Part shown: in pieces, positions 1-12,477 of the stretch | How the letters are laid out: every line of letters starts with the position of its first letter | Numbering within the stretch: position 1 is the stretch's first letter | Assembly: GCA_028826165.1 (NCBI GenBank) | Contig: JAPDFW010000040.1 | Location: 1-57,844, forward strand | Length of the DNA: 57,844 nucleotides | DNA from: Anaeramoeba ignava BMAN | Taxonomy: Eukaryota > Protista > Anaeramoebae | Reading direction: 5' to 3' | Translations under genes and position numbers: made by a program | Notes under the pieces: model-generated | The model's input: the letters and a program-made list of their open reading frames with translations, nothing else | Database searches by the model: none | What the model was told of the DNA's origin: nothing

Positions 1-1497
1 ATTTATTAATATTATTTAATTTAAATTTATTTTATTTATTAAAAAGGAAAAACAAATTAAAAATTAAAAATAATTAAATTAAAAATATATAATTATTATT
101 TTACACATAAATTATTTATTTAAATTATCTAAATAATCAAAATATTTATAAATTATTAATTAATATTATTTAATTTTCAATTTATTTTATTTATTAAAAA
201 GGAAAAAGAACAAATAAAAATATAAAAATAATTAAACTAAAAATATTAAATTATTATTTTAAACATAAATTATTTATCTAAATTATTTAAAAATAAACAA
301 AAATATTTATAAATTATTTATTAAAATTATTTAATTTCAATTTATTTTATTTAATAAAAAAAGGAAAAAAACAAATAAAAATTAAAAATAATTAAATTAA
401 AATATATAATTATTATTTTTTACACATAAATTATTTATCTAAATTATTTAAATAATCAAAATATTTATAAATTATTTATTAATATTATTTAATTTAAATT
501 TATTTTATTTATTAAAAAGAAAAACAAATTAAAAATTAAAAATAATTAAATTAAAAATATTAAAATATTATTTTACACATAAATTATTTATCTAAATTAT
601 TTTAAATAATCAAAATATTTATAAATTATTTATTAATATTATTTTAATTTCAATTTATTTTATTTAATAAAAAGGAGAAAAACAAATTAAAAATTAAAAA
701 TAATTATTTTAAAAATATTAAATTATTATTTTTAAACATAAATTATTTATCTAAATTATTTAAATAATCAAAATATTTATAAATTATTTATTAATATTAT
801 TTAATTTTTATTTATTTTATTTATTAAAAAGGAAAAACAGAAAACATCAAAAGAAATTTAAAATATAAAATATATAATTATTATTTTTACACATAAATCA
901 TTTATTTAAATTATTTAAATAATCAAAATATTTATAAATTATTTATTAATATTATTTAATTTAAATTTATTTTATTTATTAAAAAGGAAAAATTAATTAA
1001 AAATTAAAAATATAATTTTACTCATAAATTATTTATCTAAATTATTTAAATAAACAAAAATATTTATAAATTATTAATTAATATTATTTAATTTTTAAAT
1101 TGTTTTATTTATTTGAAAAAGAGCAAAAACAATATTTAATTAAAAAGATATAAAATATTATTTTAAACATAAATTATTTATCTAAATTATTTAAATAATT
1201 TAAAAATATTTTATAAATTATTTATTTAAATTTATTTTTATTTATTTGAAAAACAAAATAGAAAAACATCAGACAATAAAAGTAAGTGATTTATAAATAT
1301 ATAATAATTATTTTTTAAACATAAATTATTTAAATAATAAAAAATATTTATAAATTATCAATTAAAATTATTTAATTTTTATTTAATTTATTTATTTAAA
1401 AATATAAAAATATTATTTATCTAAATTATTTAAATAATCAAAATATTTATAAATTATTAATTAAATTTATTTTATTTATTTGAAAAAAAAAGGGAAA
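1..1497. repeat. Tandem repeat, about 10 imperfect units of about 155 bp, ending at the BTB start codon
   Basis: The motif (A/C)ACATAAATTATTTAT(C/T)TAAATTATTTAAATAATCAAAATATTTATAAATT recurs near 103, 262, 422, 575, 735, 890, 1021, 1165 and 1318. Confidence 0.85.
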
Positions 1498-1498
1498 A

Positions 1499-2657
1499 AT
1501 GAATCAAAACCAAAACCAAAACGAATTACAAAAATTTAAAGAATTTTTAATAAAAAAACATCAGAAACAAATTTTATCAATATTTAATAAAAAAAAAACA
1601 TCAGATATCCAAATTTATTGTGGAATTGATAAAAGAATACTTTATTGCCATAAATCCATTTTGACTGCTCGTTCATTAACTTTTTTAACCAAAATTTTTG
1701 AAAAACAACAGACAAAATTAACATTTAATAATTTTCATTCAAATATTGTTACACCAATAATGGAATATATTTATAGTGGAGAATTATCTTTTAATAAAGA
1801 AGAATTTGATAAATATTGGGAATTTGCTAATCAAAATAAGTTAAATGATGTTAAAAAACAAATTGAACTTGAAATGAAAGAATATCTACAACTTGATAAT
1901 ATTGCTATCATTTATTTCAAAAGTCAAAACATTTCATCTAAATTTCTTATTGAAAAATGTGAAGAATTTATTATTCCAAATATTCAACAAATTATTCAAA
2001 GATTTGATTTCAAAAATTCACAACTTGAACAAAATATCAGTTTTATTGGATTAATTTCCTTACATCAATCAATTCAAAACAAATTTCAATTATTACAACT
2101 TTTTCAACAAAAATGGAAAGAAAATACCCAAGAAAACATTTACAAATTATTACAAAAACAAAAGAAAGAAGGATTAAATCGAAATTCATTAATTAAATTA
2201 AACCAAAACGAAACTATTAATTCTCAAGAAAAAGAAGAATATTTTGATAATGATAAATTCTTTTCAATTTTATTCACACAAATTCAACAAACACAAACAT
2301 TTACTTTTCAACAATTTCAACAAATCAAAAAAAAATCATTTAATTTAAATGAAACCAAATCCATTTTATTAAATTCAAATATTGAAGAAGAACTTAAAGA
2401 AGAAGACAAAAGAATAATATCTTGTTATAACTTCAATGCAATTAAATATCAAACAGAAAAAAGAATTGAAGAAAAAAAAGAACAAATTAAATCAGAAACA
2501 AGAAAATTAAAAAGGAAAAAAGAAAAAATTGAACAAATGAAACAAAAACAAAAACAAAAACAAAAACAAGAACAAAAACAAGAAATTACTCAATCATTAG
2601 ATGAAGCAAAAATTTATTTTACAAAACTTAAAAATTCAATTCAAGAAAATGATAAAG
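1499..2657 (+). CDS. Exon 1 of a large BTB-ARM-ankyrin gene: BTB/POZ domain, BACK-like helices and a K/E/Q-rich coiled coil
   Basis: BTB signature TSDIQIYC...YCHKSILTARSLTF...IMEYIYSGEL. The exon most plausibly ends at the phase-1 donor G|GTATAA at 2657/2658, so the last codons of the 1499..2680 ORF are intronic. Confidence 0.85.
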
Positions 2658-2732
2658 GTATAATTTTCTTTCAATTTTAAAAACAAAAACAATTTTATTT
2701 TATTTAAATTATTTATTTAACAAAAATAATAG

Positions 2733-2864
2733 ATGAAACAAAAGAATTAATGAAAATTGATATTTCTTTAATTTTTGAATCTATGAATAATTTTCCAACA
2801 AATGAATTTATTCAAGAAAATTGTTGTTTAGCTTTAAGAAAATTTACTGATAAAACTGAAAAGA
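2733..2864 (+). CDS. Armadillo-like repeat exon 1 (phase 1-1, 132 nt)
   Basis: TAG acceptor and GTAAAA donor. In frame with exon 1: [44 protein letters not shown], an ARM-like I..M..FP....Q...C.AL pattern. Confidence 0.8.
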
Positions 2865-3025
2865 GTAAAAACTTTTTACAAAACAAAATTAAGTTTTTAA
2901 ATTTAGATTTTATTTATTAACAAAAAAATCTTTTTAATTTTATTATTTAAATTTTCTTTCTTTCTTTTCTTTTGTTTTTACAAAAAAAAAAACCAAAACA
3001 AATAATAATTATCAATTTAAAATAG

Positions 3026-3154
3026 GAATTTCATTTAATTTACCGAATTTAAATGGATTTAATTTAATTATCAAAGCAATGAATAATTTCCCATTTAACA
3101 GATTTCTTCAACTTCAATCTATTTTAATTATTATTAATATTGGAAAAGAAAACG
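3026..3154 (+). CDS. Armadillo-like repeat exon 2 (phase 1-1, 129 nt)
   Basis: TAG acceptor, GTAAAT donor. [43 protein letters not shown] shares MNNFP with the previous exon. Confidence 0.8.
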
Positions 3155-3230
3155 GTAAATTCAAAATTAAAAATTAAAAACAAAATAATTTAATTTTCAT
3201 TTTTTTTTTGAAATATAAAAAATAAAAAAG

Positions 3231-3361
3231 AAAACAAAACACAAATTGAAACCAATTCTGGAATTGATACAATAATTTCAACAATGGTTAATTTTACAGA
3301 AGATAAAGAAATTTATAACAAAGGAATTGAAGCTTTAGGAGTTCTAGGTTTAAACAAAAAG
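3231..3361 (+). CDS. Armadillo-like repeat exon 3
   Basis: AAG acceptor, GTAAAT donor. [44 protein letters not shown] has the ARM-like ENK..I...GI..II..M pattern. Confidence 0.75.
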
Positions 3362-3497
3362 GTAAATTTCTTTTCATATTTATTATTTCACAAACAAAAT
3401 ACAAAAATTATTTTGATTGAATATAAATTTATTTCAATTTGAAAAACAAATATAAATATTAATTTATTTTTATTAAATTTAATAAAACAAAATAGAG

Positions 3498-3525
3498 ATT
3501 CAAAAACTATTGAAAGAAAAGAAAA
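3498..3525 (+). CDS. Short linker exon (IQKLLKEKK)
   Basis: TAGAG acceptor region and GTAAAA donor. The frame stays open only if the second AG is used or if the upstream A-run has a 1-nt error. The first AG gives a TGA. Confidence 0.45.
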
Positions 3526-3650
3526 GTAAAATTAATTAAAACAACAAAACAACAAAATAATTTTTTTATTAAAATCTTTCTAAATATAAAAAACAAATAT
3601 AAATACAATTTAATTTAATTCAATTTAATTTAATTTTATTTTTGATTTAG

Positions 3651-3718
3651 AAATTGTTGAAAAAAGAAGAAAAGATAAATTAAAACGATTAAAGGAGGAA
3701 TATAGAAAATCAAAACCT
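3651..3718 (+). CDS. Charged linker exon (KIVEKRRKDKLKRLKEEYRKSKP), phase 1-0
   Basis: TTAG acceptor, GTAAAT donor, open frame, purine-rich compared with the flanks. Confidence 0.65.
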
Positions 3719-3825
3719 GTAAATAATACAACAAAAAATTTTATTTAATTTAATTTAAAAATAAATTTTCTTTTTTAAAAATTAATTTTTATTTCTTTTT
3801 CTTTTTTATTCTTTTATTTTATTAG

Positions 3826-3834
3826 GGAGAAAAG
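3826..3834 (+). CDS. 9-nt microexon GGA GAA AAG (GEK)
   Basis: T-rich tract plus TTAG acceptor and GTTCGT donor. Matches the 9-nt exon at 11928 in position. Confidence 0.5.
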
Positions 3835-5397
3835 GTTCGTTTTTTTATTTCATTTCAAAATATAAAAATATAAAAATATAATTTATTTCTATTTATTTCA
3901 ATTTTCAAAAACTTCATATTATTTCATAAACAAAAAAAAATTCAATATTTTCTCTCTATCATAATTATTTTCTCAAATCATAATAATTTATTTTTTTTAT
4001 TTCATTATTTTTCTTTGCCAAAAAAGAAAGAAAATAAAATTTTTTTTAATTTAAAATTTAAAACTAACATAATATTTTTCATTTTTTTGCATTAATAACT
4101 ATTTTCTTTATTTTTGCCATTTTGGAAAAAAACAAACATATTTCTCTTTCTCCTTTCTCTTTCTCTTTAGGAATCTTTTTATTTTGGGAATTAAATTAAA
4201 TAAGATTTATTAATTTCAAAAAAAAATTGATTATTATTGATTAATTTAAATTAATTTAATTTAATTTAATTTAATTTAAAAATAACAAATTATGATTTTT
4301 TATTATTATATTATTTTCAAAATTTGAGAAAGTTGATAATAGAAACATTTATCAAATTAATTAAATTCCTTTTGAGAAAATTGAAATGATTAAATTTAAA
4401 TTAATAATAAAAATAAAAGATTAGAGATATATTTATCAAAAAAAAAACAAACTAAATAATTCTTATATCAAAAATTATTTGAAAACAAATTTGAAAATAA
4501 AGTTTGTTTTTTTTTCTTTCAAAATTTTATTATTAATTATTATTGATTAGATAAGAAATTAATAGAATTCAAGAATGAAGAAAGATTAACAAAAAAACAA
4601 AGAGATATTTGATTTCTTTTTTAATAATTATTTATTTTTATCAATAATAACTAAATTCAATTCTTTTTTTTATAATAAAAAAAAATTGATAAAAATTAAA
4701 GAAATAAAAAATAGATATTTATTTGATAAAATTAAATTTTCTCTTTTTGAAAAAAAAATTGAAATCAATAATAATAATAATAAATATAATACTTTCTCTA
4801 ATCATTTATTTTCCCAATTTATTTATATTTTTCTTTTTTTTGATTAGGATATAATTAATTTAAAATAATTTTTGTTTTTTTTGATTATTAAATCTAAATT
4901 AAATTGTTTTTAATAACAAAAAATTTTAAATCTATTTTATTATTTGGAAATTTATTATTAAAAATCAAAAATATAAATTCAATTTGAAAATTAATTTATT
5001 TATCAAAAAAATTTTTTTCATAATTAATAATCCAGATAATATCTTTATTATTTTCTTTTTCCCAATAAATAAATAAATAAATAAATTTTGTTTTTCATTT
5101 TTGATTTAATGAAAAATTAAAAAGAATGAAAGAAATAAAGTAAAATTTCTAAAGAAAAATTGATAATTATAATTATTATTTATTCATTCTTAATTTATTA
5201 TTTTTCAATTCCTTTTATTTTAATTTCAAAAAAAAAACACAAATTTAAATTAATTAATTTTGAGTTAATAAAAAATTTAAATTATTCTTTTTTAGTTTTT
5301 ATCAATTCAAAAAAAAACAAATTATTTAATTTAACAAATTAATTCTTTTTAACTAATTTTAATTTATTCTTTATTTATTTTTTTTATTCAAATTTAG

Positions 5398-5493
5398 GAA
5401 ACTTTATTTCATTACTTTTCAAAAAAGAAACCAATTGATTTTGAAATTTTCCAAATTTTATTCAAAAAAAGATCTGAATGGAATAAACAAGAT
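5398..5493 (+). CDS. Ankyrin repeat exon A1 (96 nt, phase 0-0)
   Basis: TTAG acceptor, GTATTT donor, ACTAAT branch-like motif near 5352. ETLFHYFSKKKPIDFEIFQILFKKRSEWNKQD. Confidence 0.8.
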
Positions 5494-8400
5494 GTATTTA
5501 TTTTTATTTAATAATAATAATAATAATTAATTTTAAAAAAAATTTAATAATTTTGATTATTTTCAAATAAATTCAAATTCAAATTTATCAAATTTATTAA
5601 TATTTATTTTTATTATTTTTATTAACAAAAGAAAATTCAATTTTAATTTATTTTAAAATTATTAAATTTTTTTTCTCAAAATTTATAAAAATAAAATAAA
5701 AATCGGGAAGTTTTTTCCATTTGATTTTATTTTGTTGGAATTGAAAAAAAAATGATAAGAGCAGATAATCAACAAATTAAGAATTATCTGAAACCAATCT
5801 CAAATTTATTTTATTTCCCTTTTTTTTTTCTGAGATTATAAAAATTGAATTATTTCTTTTTCTGATTTTTTATTACAATTTCCTTTTATTATCTTCTTTT
5901 TTTTTCCATAAAGAAGATATTTATTTTCTCTGATTTTGATTTATTATTTAAAATAAAAAACAGAATTTAAATTTCAAAAATTAGAAAATTTGTTTTTCCC
6001 AAAATTGAAAAAAAATTACCCTTAGAAGAAATTCACAATGAAAAAAAAAGAATTACTTAATCTCTTTAATCCTTTTCATTTTTTTTGGTTGATAATAAAG
6101 AATTAATTTTGTGGAAAACATAATTTCAAAATGAAAAATATTTTGAATAAAAACATTTGGATACTTTTCTCAATTTCACATATTTTCATTTCCTTTTTTT
6201 TACAAAATCAATATCATTATTTCTCCCTTATGTGAGAAGAAGAAAAAAAAATTATATTGAATTATAATATTGAAATTTTGAGATAGATTTGAGAGAAAAA
6301 GGAAAAAAAAAAGATTTTATTTTTTTGAAAATTTCTTTCTTCCTTCATTTCATATAATTATCTTTTCGATATCTTTTGGAAAAAATTCCATTTAAATGAA
6401 GTAATAGAACATTAAAGTGATAAAAATTTCATCTTAAGAGATTCTTTGAGTTAAAAAATTCATAATCAAAATATTCTAATTTATTATCTATTTTTCAAAA
6501 ATTTTTATTTAAACACAAAAAAAATTTGATGGATAATTTTCAATTCCTTTAGTTGAATGAAATAATCAAAAAATTCATCAACCAAAAAAAAACAATCATT
6601 TCCATTCCTTTTCTATTATCTCTAAAATAATTTTCAAGTTTTCGAGTTACTTCTTCTTTTTTTTTGTTCATTTTTTTTGTAATTAATATTTATTTCAAGA
6701 AAACATGAATTAAAATAACAGAAATATATCCTAAATCTAATTAATCTTGATTTAAGATTCAGAAAAAAAAGAATATGAATGAATGAATAAATAAATAAAT
6801 TTTCAATTCTTATTTACAATGAACTTTTTAATAAATTTAAGATTAATTTATTTATATCTTTTTTTTGAAAATGAAGATTGATTTTTTTATGTAAATATTT
6901 CTTTTACTTTTATTATTGAATGAATTTTTATAAAAATTTGTTTTAAAAGAAAGAAATTTGAATATTTTCAATTCAAAAAAAAATAATAAAAAGAATTAAA
7001 ATGTAAAATTTGATTCAAACATTTTAATTATTCATATTCTCATTATTTTTGGGATTCATTTAAATCATACTTCAAAATTAAGGGGAAACAGAAAAAATTA
7101 TGAAATGAAGAATATCCCTTTTTTCATCAAGAATTTTATTCTATTTTTATCAACAAATAATCAATCAATAAATAAATCAATAGATTTATGATGAATATTA
7201 ATTAAAGAAAAAAAATAAAGAAATAAGAAATAAGAAATAACAATTTTTTTCAGATTATTTGATTAATGTTACTTATTATTTTGGTTTTTGAGAACTTACT
7301 TTTCTTCATTTTTTTCTCTTTTTTTTTGATTATCATTTATTTTTTTTTCATTTTGAATATTATCTTGATTTCTTTTTTTCATTATTGTTATTATTATTAT
7401 TCTCCAAAAATTCATAAAAATTATCATCTTCAATGAAACTTTCAAATATGAAAATATATTTATTTTGTTAATTATTCACTTAAATATTTGATTCTGAAGA
7501 ATTTTTTATCAGAATTTATTATTTATATTTAAGATATTTCAACTTCTAATCTTCCACTTTTCTTCCATTAATTTGAAAGAAAATATTTTTTTATTTTTAT
7601 TAATCAATTAATTTCCCTCATCTCATACTTTGATAATTTATTTTAATTCATTTTTTTTTAAAATTTCTGTTAATTATTCTTATAAAAAATGAGGTTCATT
7701 AATTTCATCAATTATAAAGAGTAAATTTTACTTTAATTCTGAATAATTAACTAATCAATTAAAAAAAAAACTTTTTAAAAATTTTGAATAATTGAGAGAG
7801 ATAAATTATGTATCAATTTTGAGAATAAATAAAAATTCAATAAATCATCTACAAAAGATTTTGGAATGTATGATAATTTTTTTTTGTAATTTTCAATAAG
7901 TATTGGGAAATTGAATTATTATTTTTTTTATGATTTCTTTCATTTATAAGACTATCTGTTAATTGTTTTACTTCCTTTTCTAACTCTTGATTTATTGATA
8001 TATTTTCTTTATTCTTTTTTGGATTTGTAAAGAAAATAGATTATATTATCATTATCATTATCATTTTGAAGAGAGATTTTATCATGAACAAATAAAATAA
8101 AATTGAATAAAATTGAATACATAAAAATTATCCAAAATTTTGAAAAGAAGAGAATTATTCTCTTATTTTTGAAATTAACAATAAATAATTTCCCTAATAA
8201 TTCTTTTATTTTTTTTTCATTTTTTTTTTCAAAGTTTTAATCCCATTTTTTAATCAAAATTCCCAAATAAAAATTTAAGTTCAATTTTTTTTTTGATTGA
8301 TTAATTTTTTTTCTCCAGTTGATTTTAATTTAAATAATTAAAGGAAAGATTTATCAATAATCTATTTCAAATAAACAATATAAATTTTTTTTTCATTTTT

Positions 8401-9157
8401 ATTTTTTGAGGAAATTTTTTTATTTAATAAATCAATGAATCTGAATATTGAAAGAATAATTTTCTTTTACAAAGTGAAATAACTTCAAAAGTGATTCTTT
8501 TTCTTTTTTTTACAGAAATATTATTTATTTTTTCATGTTCATATTTTGAAAAGAAAATAAAATACAATAATAAATAATAAATAAATCAACATTATTTTCT
8601 TTTGGAAATATAATTTAATTAAAAAAATAATATCAAAATAACAAATTATTATTTTCTAAAATTAAAAATCAAAAATAAAATTAAAATGAGGAATAATATT
8701 TTTATTTTAAAAACCAAAAATTAATTTATTTTTAAAATTAATTAAATAGAAAAAATCAAAAAAATCAAAAATCAAAATAAATAAAAAAATAAAAAAAAAT
8801 CAAAAAATCAAAAAAAATCAAAATTAAAATCAAAATCAAAATCAAAATCAAAATCAAAATCAAAAATCAAAATAAAATCAAAAAATCAAAATCAAAATCA
8901 AAAATCAAAATCAAAATCAAAAAAAATAAAAATCAAAATCAAAATAAAAAAAAAATCAAAAAAATCAAAATCAAAATCAAAATCAAAAATCAAAAATCAA
9001 AAAAAAAAAAATCAAAAAGAAAAATCAAAAATCAAAATTAAAATCAAAAATCAAAATCAAAAATAAAAATCAAAAATTCAAAAAAAAAAAAAAGATATTT
9101 TTTATTAAATAAAATCAATATATAAATATAAATCAAAATCAAAAAAAAATAAAAAAG

Positions 9158-9160
9158 GGA
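9158..9160 (+). CDS. 3-nt microexon GGA (Gly)
   Basis: aaaaAG GGA GTAAAT, 103 nt upstream of the ankyrin exon. Supplies the consensus G of G-x-T-P. Confidence 0.65.
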
Positions 9161-9263
9161 GTAAATATACATAAATAAATTTCAATTTAAAATAAACTTC
9201 TAAATTAATTAAATTTTTAAAATTAAATTAAAATTTTTTTGGAAAATTTAAAAAACTCAAAAG

Positions 9264-9363
9264 AAAACACCAATTCATTATTTGTTTTGAAAATAAATCA
9301 ATAACAGAAGAAATTATTAAATTAATGATTGAAAACAAAGGAATTAATTTAAACCTTCAAGAT
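9264..9363 (+). CDS. Ankyrin repeat exon A2, first copy (apparent +1 frameshift in a T run)
   Basis: AAG acceptor, GTAAAT donor. Removing one T gives KTPIHYLFENKSITEEIIKLMIENKGINLNLQD. Confidence 0.6.
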
Positions 9364-9565
9364 GTAAATTATTTTTTGAATTTAAATAATAAATAATAAA
9401 TAAATCAAACATTATTTTCTTTTGGAAATATAATTTAATTAAAAAATAATATCAAAATAACAAATTATTATTTTCCAAAATTAAAAATAAAATTAAAATG
9501 AAGAATAATATTTTTATTTCAAAACTCAAAAAATTAATTCATTTTTTTTAAAATTAATTAAATAG

Positions 9566-10412
9566 AAAGTATTCAAAAAAATCAAAATCAAAATCAAAAT
9601 CAAAATCAAAATCAAAATCAAAATCAAAATCAAAATCAAAAATAAAAAATCAAAAATCAAAAAAAAATCAAAAATCAAAATCAAAAAAATCAAAATCAAA
9701 TCAAAAATCAAAATCAAAAATCAAAAATAAAAATCAAAATCAAAAAAAAATCAAAAATAAAAAATCAAAATAAAAATAAAAAATCAAATCAAAAAAAAAA
9801 ATCAAAAAAAAAAAAAATCAAAATAAAAAAATCAAAATCAAAATTAAAATCAAAAATCAAAATTAAATTTTTGGAAAAATTAAAAATCAAAAAAAAAATC
9901 AAATTCATTAAAATTCAAAATCAAAATCAAAAAAAAAAGAAATTAAAAAATTAAAATTCAAAACAAAAATCAAAAAAAAAATCAAAAAAAAATTTTTGAA
10001 AAATAAAAAATAAATAAATCAAAATTATTTTTTTGGAAAATAAAAATTAAAAATAAAATCAAAAATCAAAAAATTAAAATCAAAATCAAAAATCAAATTA
10101 AAATGAAAAATAAAAATCAAATCAAAAAAAAAAAAATAAAATTAAAAATAAAATCAAAATCAAAAATTAAAAATCAAAATTAAAATCAAAAAAAAAAATC
10201 AAAATCAAAATCAAAAAAATCAAAATCAAAATCAAAATCAAAATCAAAATCAAAATCAAAAATCAAAATCAAAAATCAAAAATCAAAATCAAAATTAAAA
10301 ATCAAAATCAAAATCAAAAATAGGATGTAAAATTCAAAAAAAAAAGATATTTTTTATTAAATAAAATCAATATATAAATATAAATCAAAAATCAAAAAAA
10401 ATAAAAAAGGGA
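9566..10412 (+). CDS. Three 3-nt microexons: AAA 9566-9568 (K), GAT 10324-10326 (D), GGA 10410-10412 (G)
   Basis: TAG AAA GTATTC; TAG GAT GTAAAA; AAG GGA GTAAAT. Spliced they give QD-K-D-G-KTPIH, the ankyrin consensus hairpin. Confidence 0.75.
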
Positions 10413-10515
10413 GTAAATATACATAAATAAATTTCAATTTAAAATAAACTTCTAAATTAATTAAATTTTTAAAATTAAATTAAATTTTTTTTGGAAAATT
10501 TAAAAAACTCAAAAG

Positions 10516-10615
10516 AAAACACCAATTCATTATTTGATTTTGAAATAAATCAATAACAGAAGAAATTATTAAATTAATGATTGAAAACAAAGGAATTAAT
10601 TTAAACCTTCAAGAT
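10516..10615 (+). CDS. Ankyrin repeat exon A2, second copy (also 100 nt, frameshifted at the same spot)
   Basis: Near-identical to 9264-9363, with AAG acceptor and GTAAAT donor. Confidence 0.6.
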
Positions 10616-10900
10616 GTAAATTATTTTCCTTTTTTTATTTAAATTTCAAATAATTTTGAAGCAAAAAAAAAGGAAATTTTGATTTTAATTTGATTTCCAT
10701 TATTAATTTCCTGAAAATATATAAATTAATGATCCATTTCATAATTAATGATTTAATATTTAATTCTTTTATTCATTAATTTATTCATTTGAAATTTAAT
10801 AATTAAAATTGAATGAAGAATTATTGAAAAAAAATATTGGTTTTGAATTTAATTTTCAATTCCTTTTTATTTTTTTTTGGAAAATTATTTATTTAATTAG

Positions 10901-11093
10901 AAAGTAAAGAAAATCAATTTCCTTTCATTTTCTTTTTGACAATTTTTTACAATTTCCTTTCAATTTCCTTTCTTTTTGAAAATAGTTTGTAAAATCAAAA
11001 AATCAAAAAATCAAAAAGAAAAAAGACATTTTCTAACCAAAATATTCACCTAAATCAATTTAACAAATTAACAAATTAACAATTAACAAGGGA
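10901..11093 (+). CDS. Three 3-nt microexons: AAA 10901-10903 (K), TTT 10986-10988 (F), GGA 11091-11093 (G)
   Basis: TAG AAA GTAAAG; TAG TTT GTAAAA; AAG GGA GTAAAA. The following introns are 82, 102 and 82 nt. Spliced product QD-K-F-G-KTPF. Confidence 0.8.
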
Positions 11094-11175
11094 GTAAAAA
11101 AAATCTTAATTTAAATTCAAAAAAAAAATAAATTAATTTAAAGGGAAAAATAACAAAAAAAAATCAAAATGAAAG

Positions 11176-11262
11176 AAAACTCCTTTCTATTATTTATACC
11201 TCAATCCTTCCGTAACAATGGAGATGATTCAATTCTTGATAGACAAAGGATATTTACAAGAA
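11176..11262 (+). CDS. Ankyrin repeat exon A3 (87 nt, phase 0-0)
   Basis: AAG acceptor, GTAACA donor. KTPFYYLYLNPSVTMEMIQFLIDKGYLQE. Confidence 0.8.
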
Positions 11263-11769
11263 GTAACAAAATTTATGATTTTTTTTCCTTTTGTTTTAAT
11301 TTTTTTTGAATAAATTTCAATTTCCAAAAAAAAAATCAAAATTAAAAAAACAAAAACAATTAAAACAAGAAATGAAATTGGAATATAAATATAATTTGAG
11401 AATAAGAAAAAATAAATTTAATTCATGTTTTATTTTTTTAATTAAAATTCCAATTTATTTTTTTTCTTCTCTAAATTTTTATTCTCTTTATTCAATTTTT
11501 AATAATTCTTAATTCAAAATAATTTTTAATTTTAATTTTGATTTTAATTTAGAATTTTTTTTTAAAAATTTCAATTTCTGAAAAGATAATTATTAATATT
11601 CCTTGATAATTTGAAATAAAATTATAAGAAATGATAATTATTTATTTACAAAATTTAAAATTAATTTTCTTTTTCTTTTTCATTTGATTTTGAAATTTTT
11701 CTAATCATTTCCATAATAAATTGCAAATTGAAAATCAAATTTTCACACAAAAATTTTACAAATTTGAAG

Positions 11770-11834
11770 ATCAATACTGTTGAAATTGAAAAGGAATTAA
11801 AGCTTTGGATGATGAATTTAACAAATCAGATTAT
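11770..11834 (+). CDS. Probable linker exon (needs one extra A in an A run)
   Basis: AAG acceptor, GTAATT donor. With the correction it reads INTVEIEKGIKALDDEFNKSDY, resembling the 3651-3718 linker (..LKRLKEEYRKSKP). Confidence 0.45.
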
Positions 11835-11927
11835 GTAATTCAAAACAAAAACAAAACAAAACAAAAACATTTTTAATTTAATTTAATTTAATTTTAATTT
11901 TATTTAATTTTAAAAAAATAAATTTAG

Positions 11928-11936
11928 AAAAAGAAG
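11928..11936 (+). CDS. 9-nt microexon AAA AAG AAG (KKK)
   Basis: TTTAG acceptor and GTTTGA donor. Same position in the module as the 3826-3834 exon. Confidence 0.45.
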
Positions 11937-12093
11937 GTTTGAATTATTTTTTGATTAAAATTAACAACAATTAGTTCTTTAATTTATTAACTCATTTTTA
12001 TTATTTAAATTATGAATAATTTGTTTTAATTCATTTATTTTTTTGAATTATTTTGTTTTTCCAATATTAAATTTAAAAACAAAAATAAAAAAG

Positions 12094-12195
12094 AATGGAG
12101 CAACTTTATTACATTATTTTGCACAAAAGAAACCAATTAATAAGGATCTTTTTAATCATTTTATTAATTCAGGAGCTGATTGGAATAAACAAGAT
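12094..12195 (+). CDS. Ankyrin repeat exon A4 (102 nt, phase 0-0)
   Basis: AAG acceptor, GTAAAA donor. NGATLLHYFAQKKPINKDLFNHFINSGADWNKQD is a paralog of A1. Confidence 0.85.
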
Positions 12196-12362
12196 GTAAA
12201 ATAATATAAAATTTTTTCAATTTAAATTACATTTTTATTATTCAAAAACAAAAACAAAAACAAAAACAATTAAATTAAAATTATTTTATTTAAATAATAA
12301 ATAAATATCAAAAATAATCAATTTTTATTTTAAATTGAATAATATTAAATTATTTATAATAG

Positions 12363-12477
12363 GAAGTAAAAATAAATCAAAATCAAAATTTACTTTTTTT
12401 TCTTTTTCTTTTTGAAAAAAATGAATTATTTATTGAATGAAAATTTGTTTTTATTTTATTTTGAAAAAAAATAGTAT
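12363..12477 (+). CDS. 3-nt microexons GAA 12363-12365 (E) and TAT 12475-12477 (Y)
   Basis: TAG GAA GTAAAA; TAG TAT GTAAAA. Confidence 0.7.

Larger units (their letters stand above)
8560..10620 (+). repeat. Tandem duplication of an intron + microexon + ankyrin exon unit containing (AAAATC)n microsatellite tracts
   Basis: 8570-8750 is close to 9385-9570, and 9090-9370 is close to 10340-10622. (AAAATC)n lies at about 8752-9080 and 9578-10320. Confidence 0.8.

Noticed and set aside
1-1497. CRISPR-like array
   Set aside because: The units are contiguous degenerate repeats without unique spacers, there are no cas genes, and the context is eukaryotic.
2658-2680. Stop at 2680 as the end of the BTB gene
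   Set aside because: A donor at 2658 splices in frame to ARM-like exons, so the tail is probably intron read-through.
9526-9717. (IL)n ORF
   Set aside because: It is the reverse translation of (AAAATC)n.
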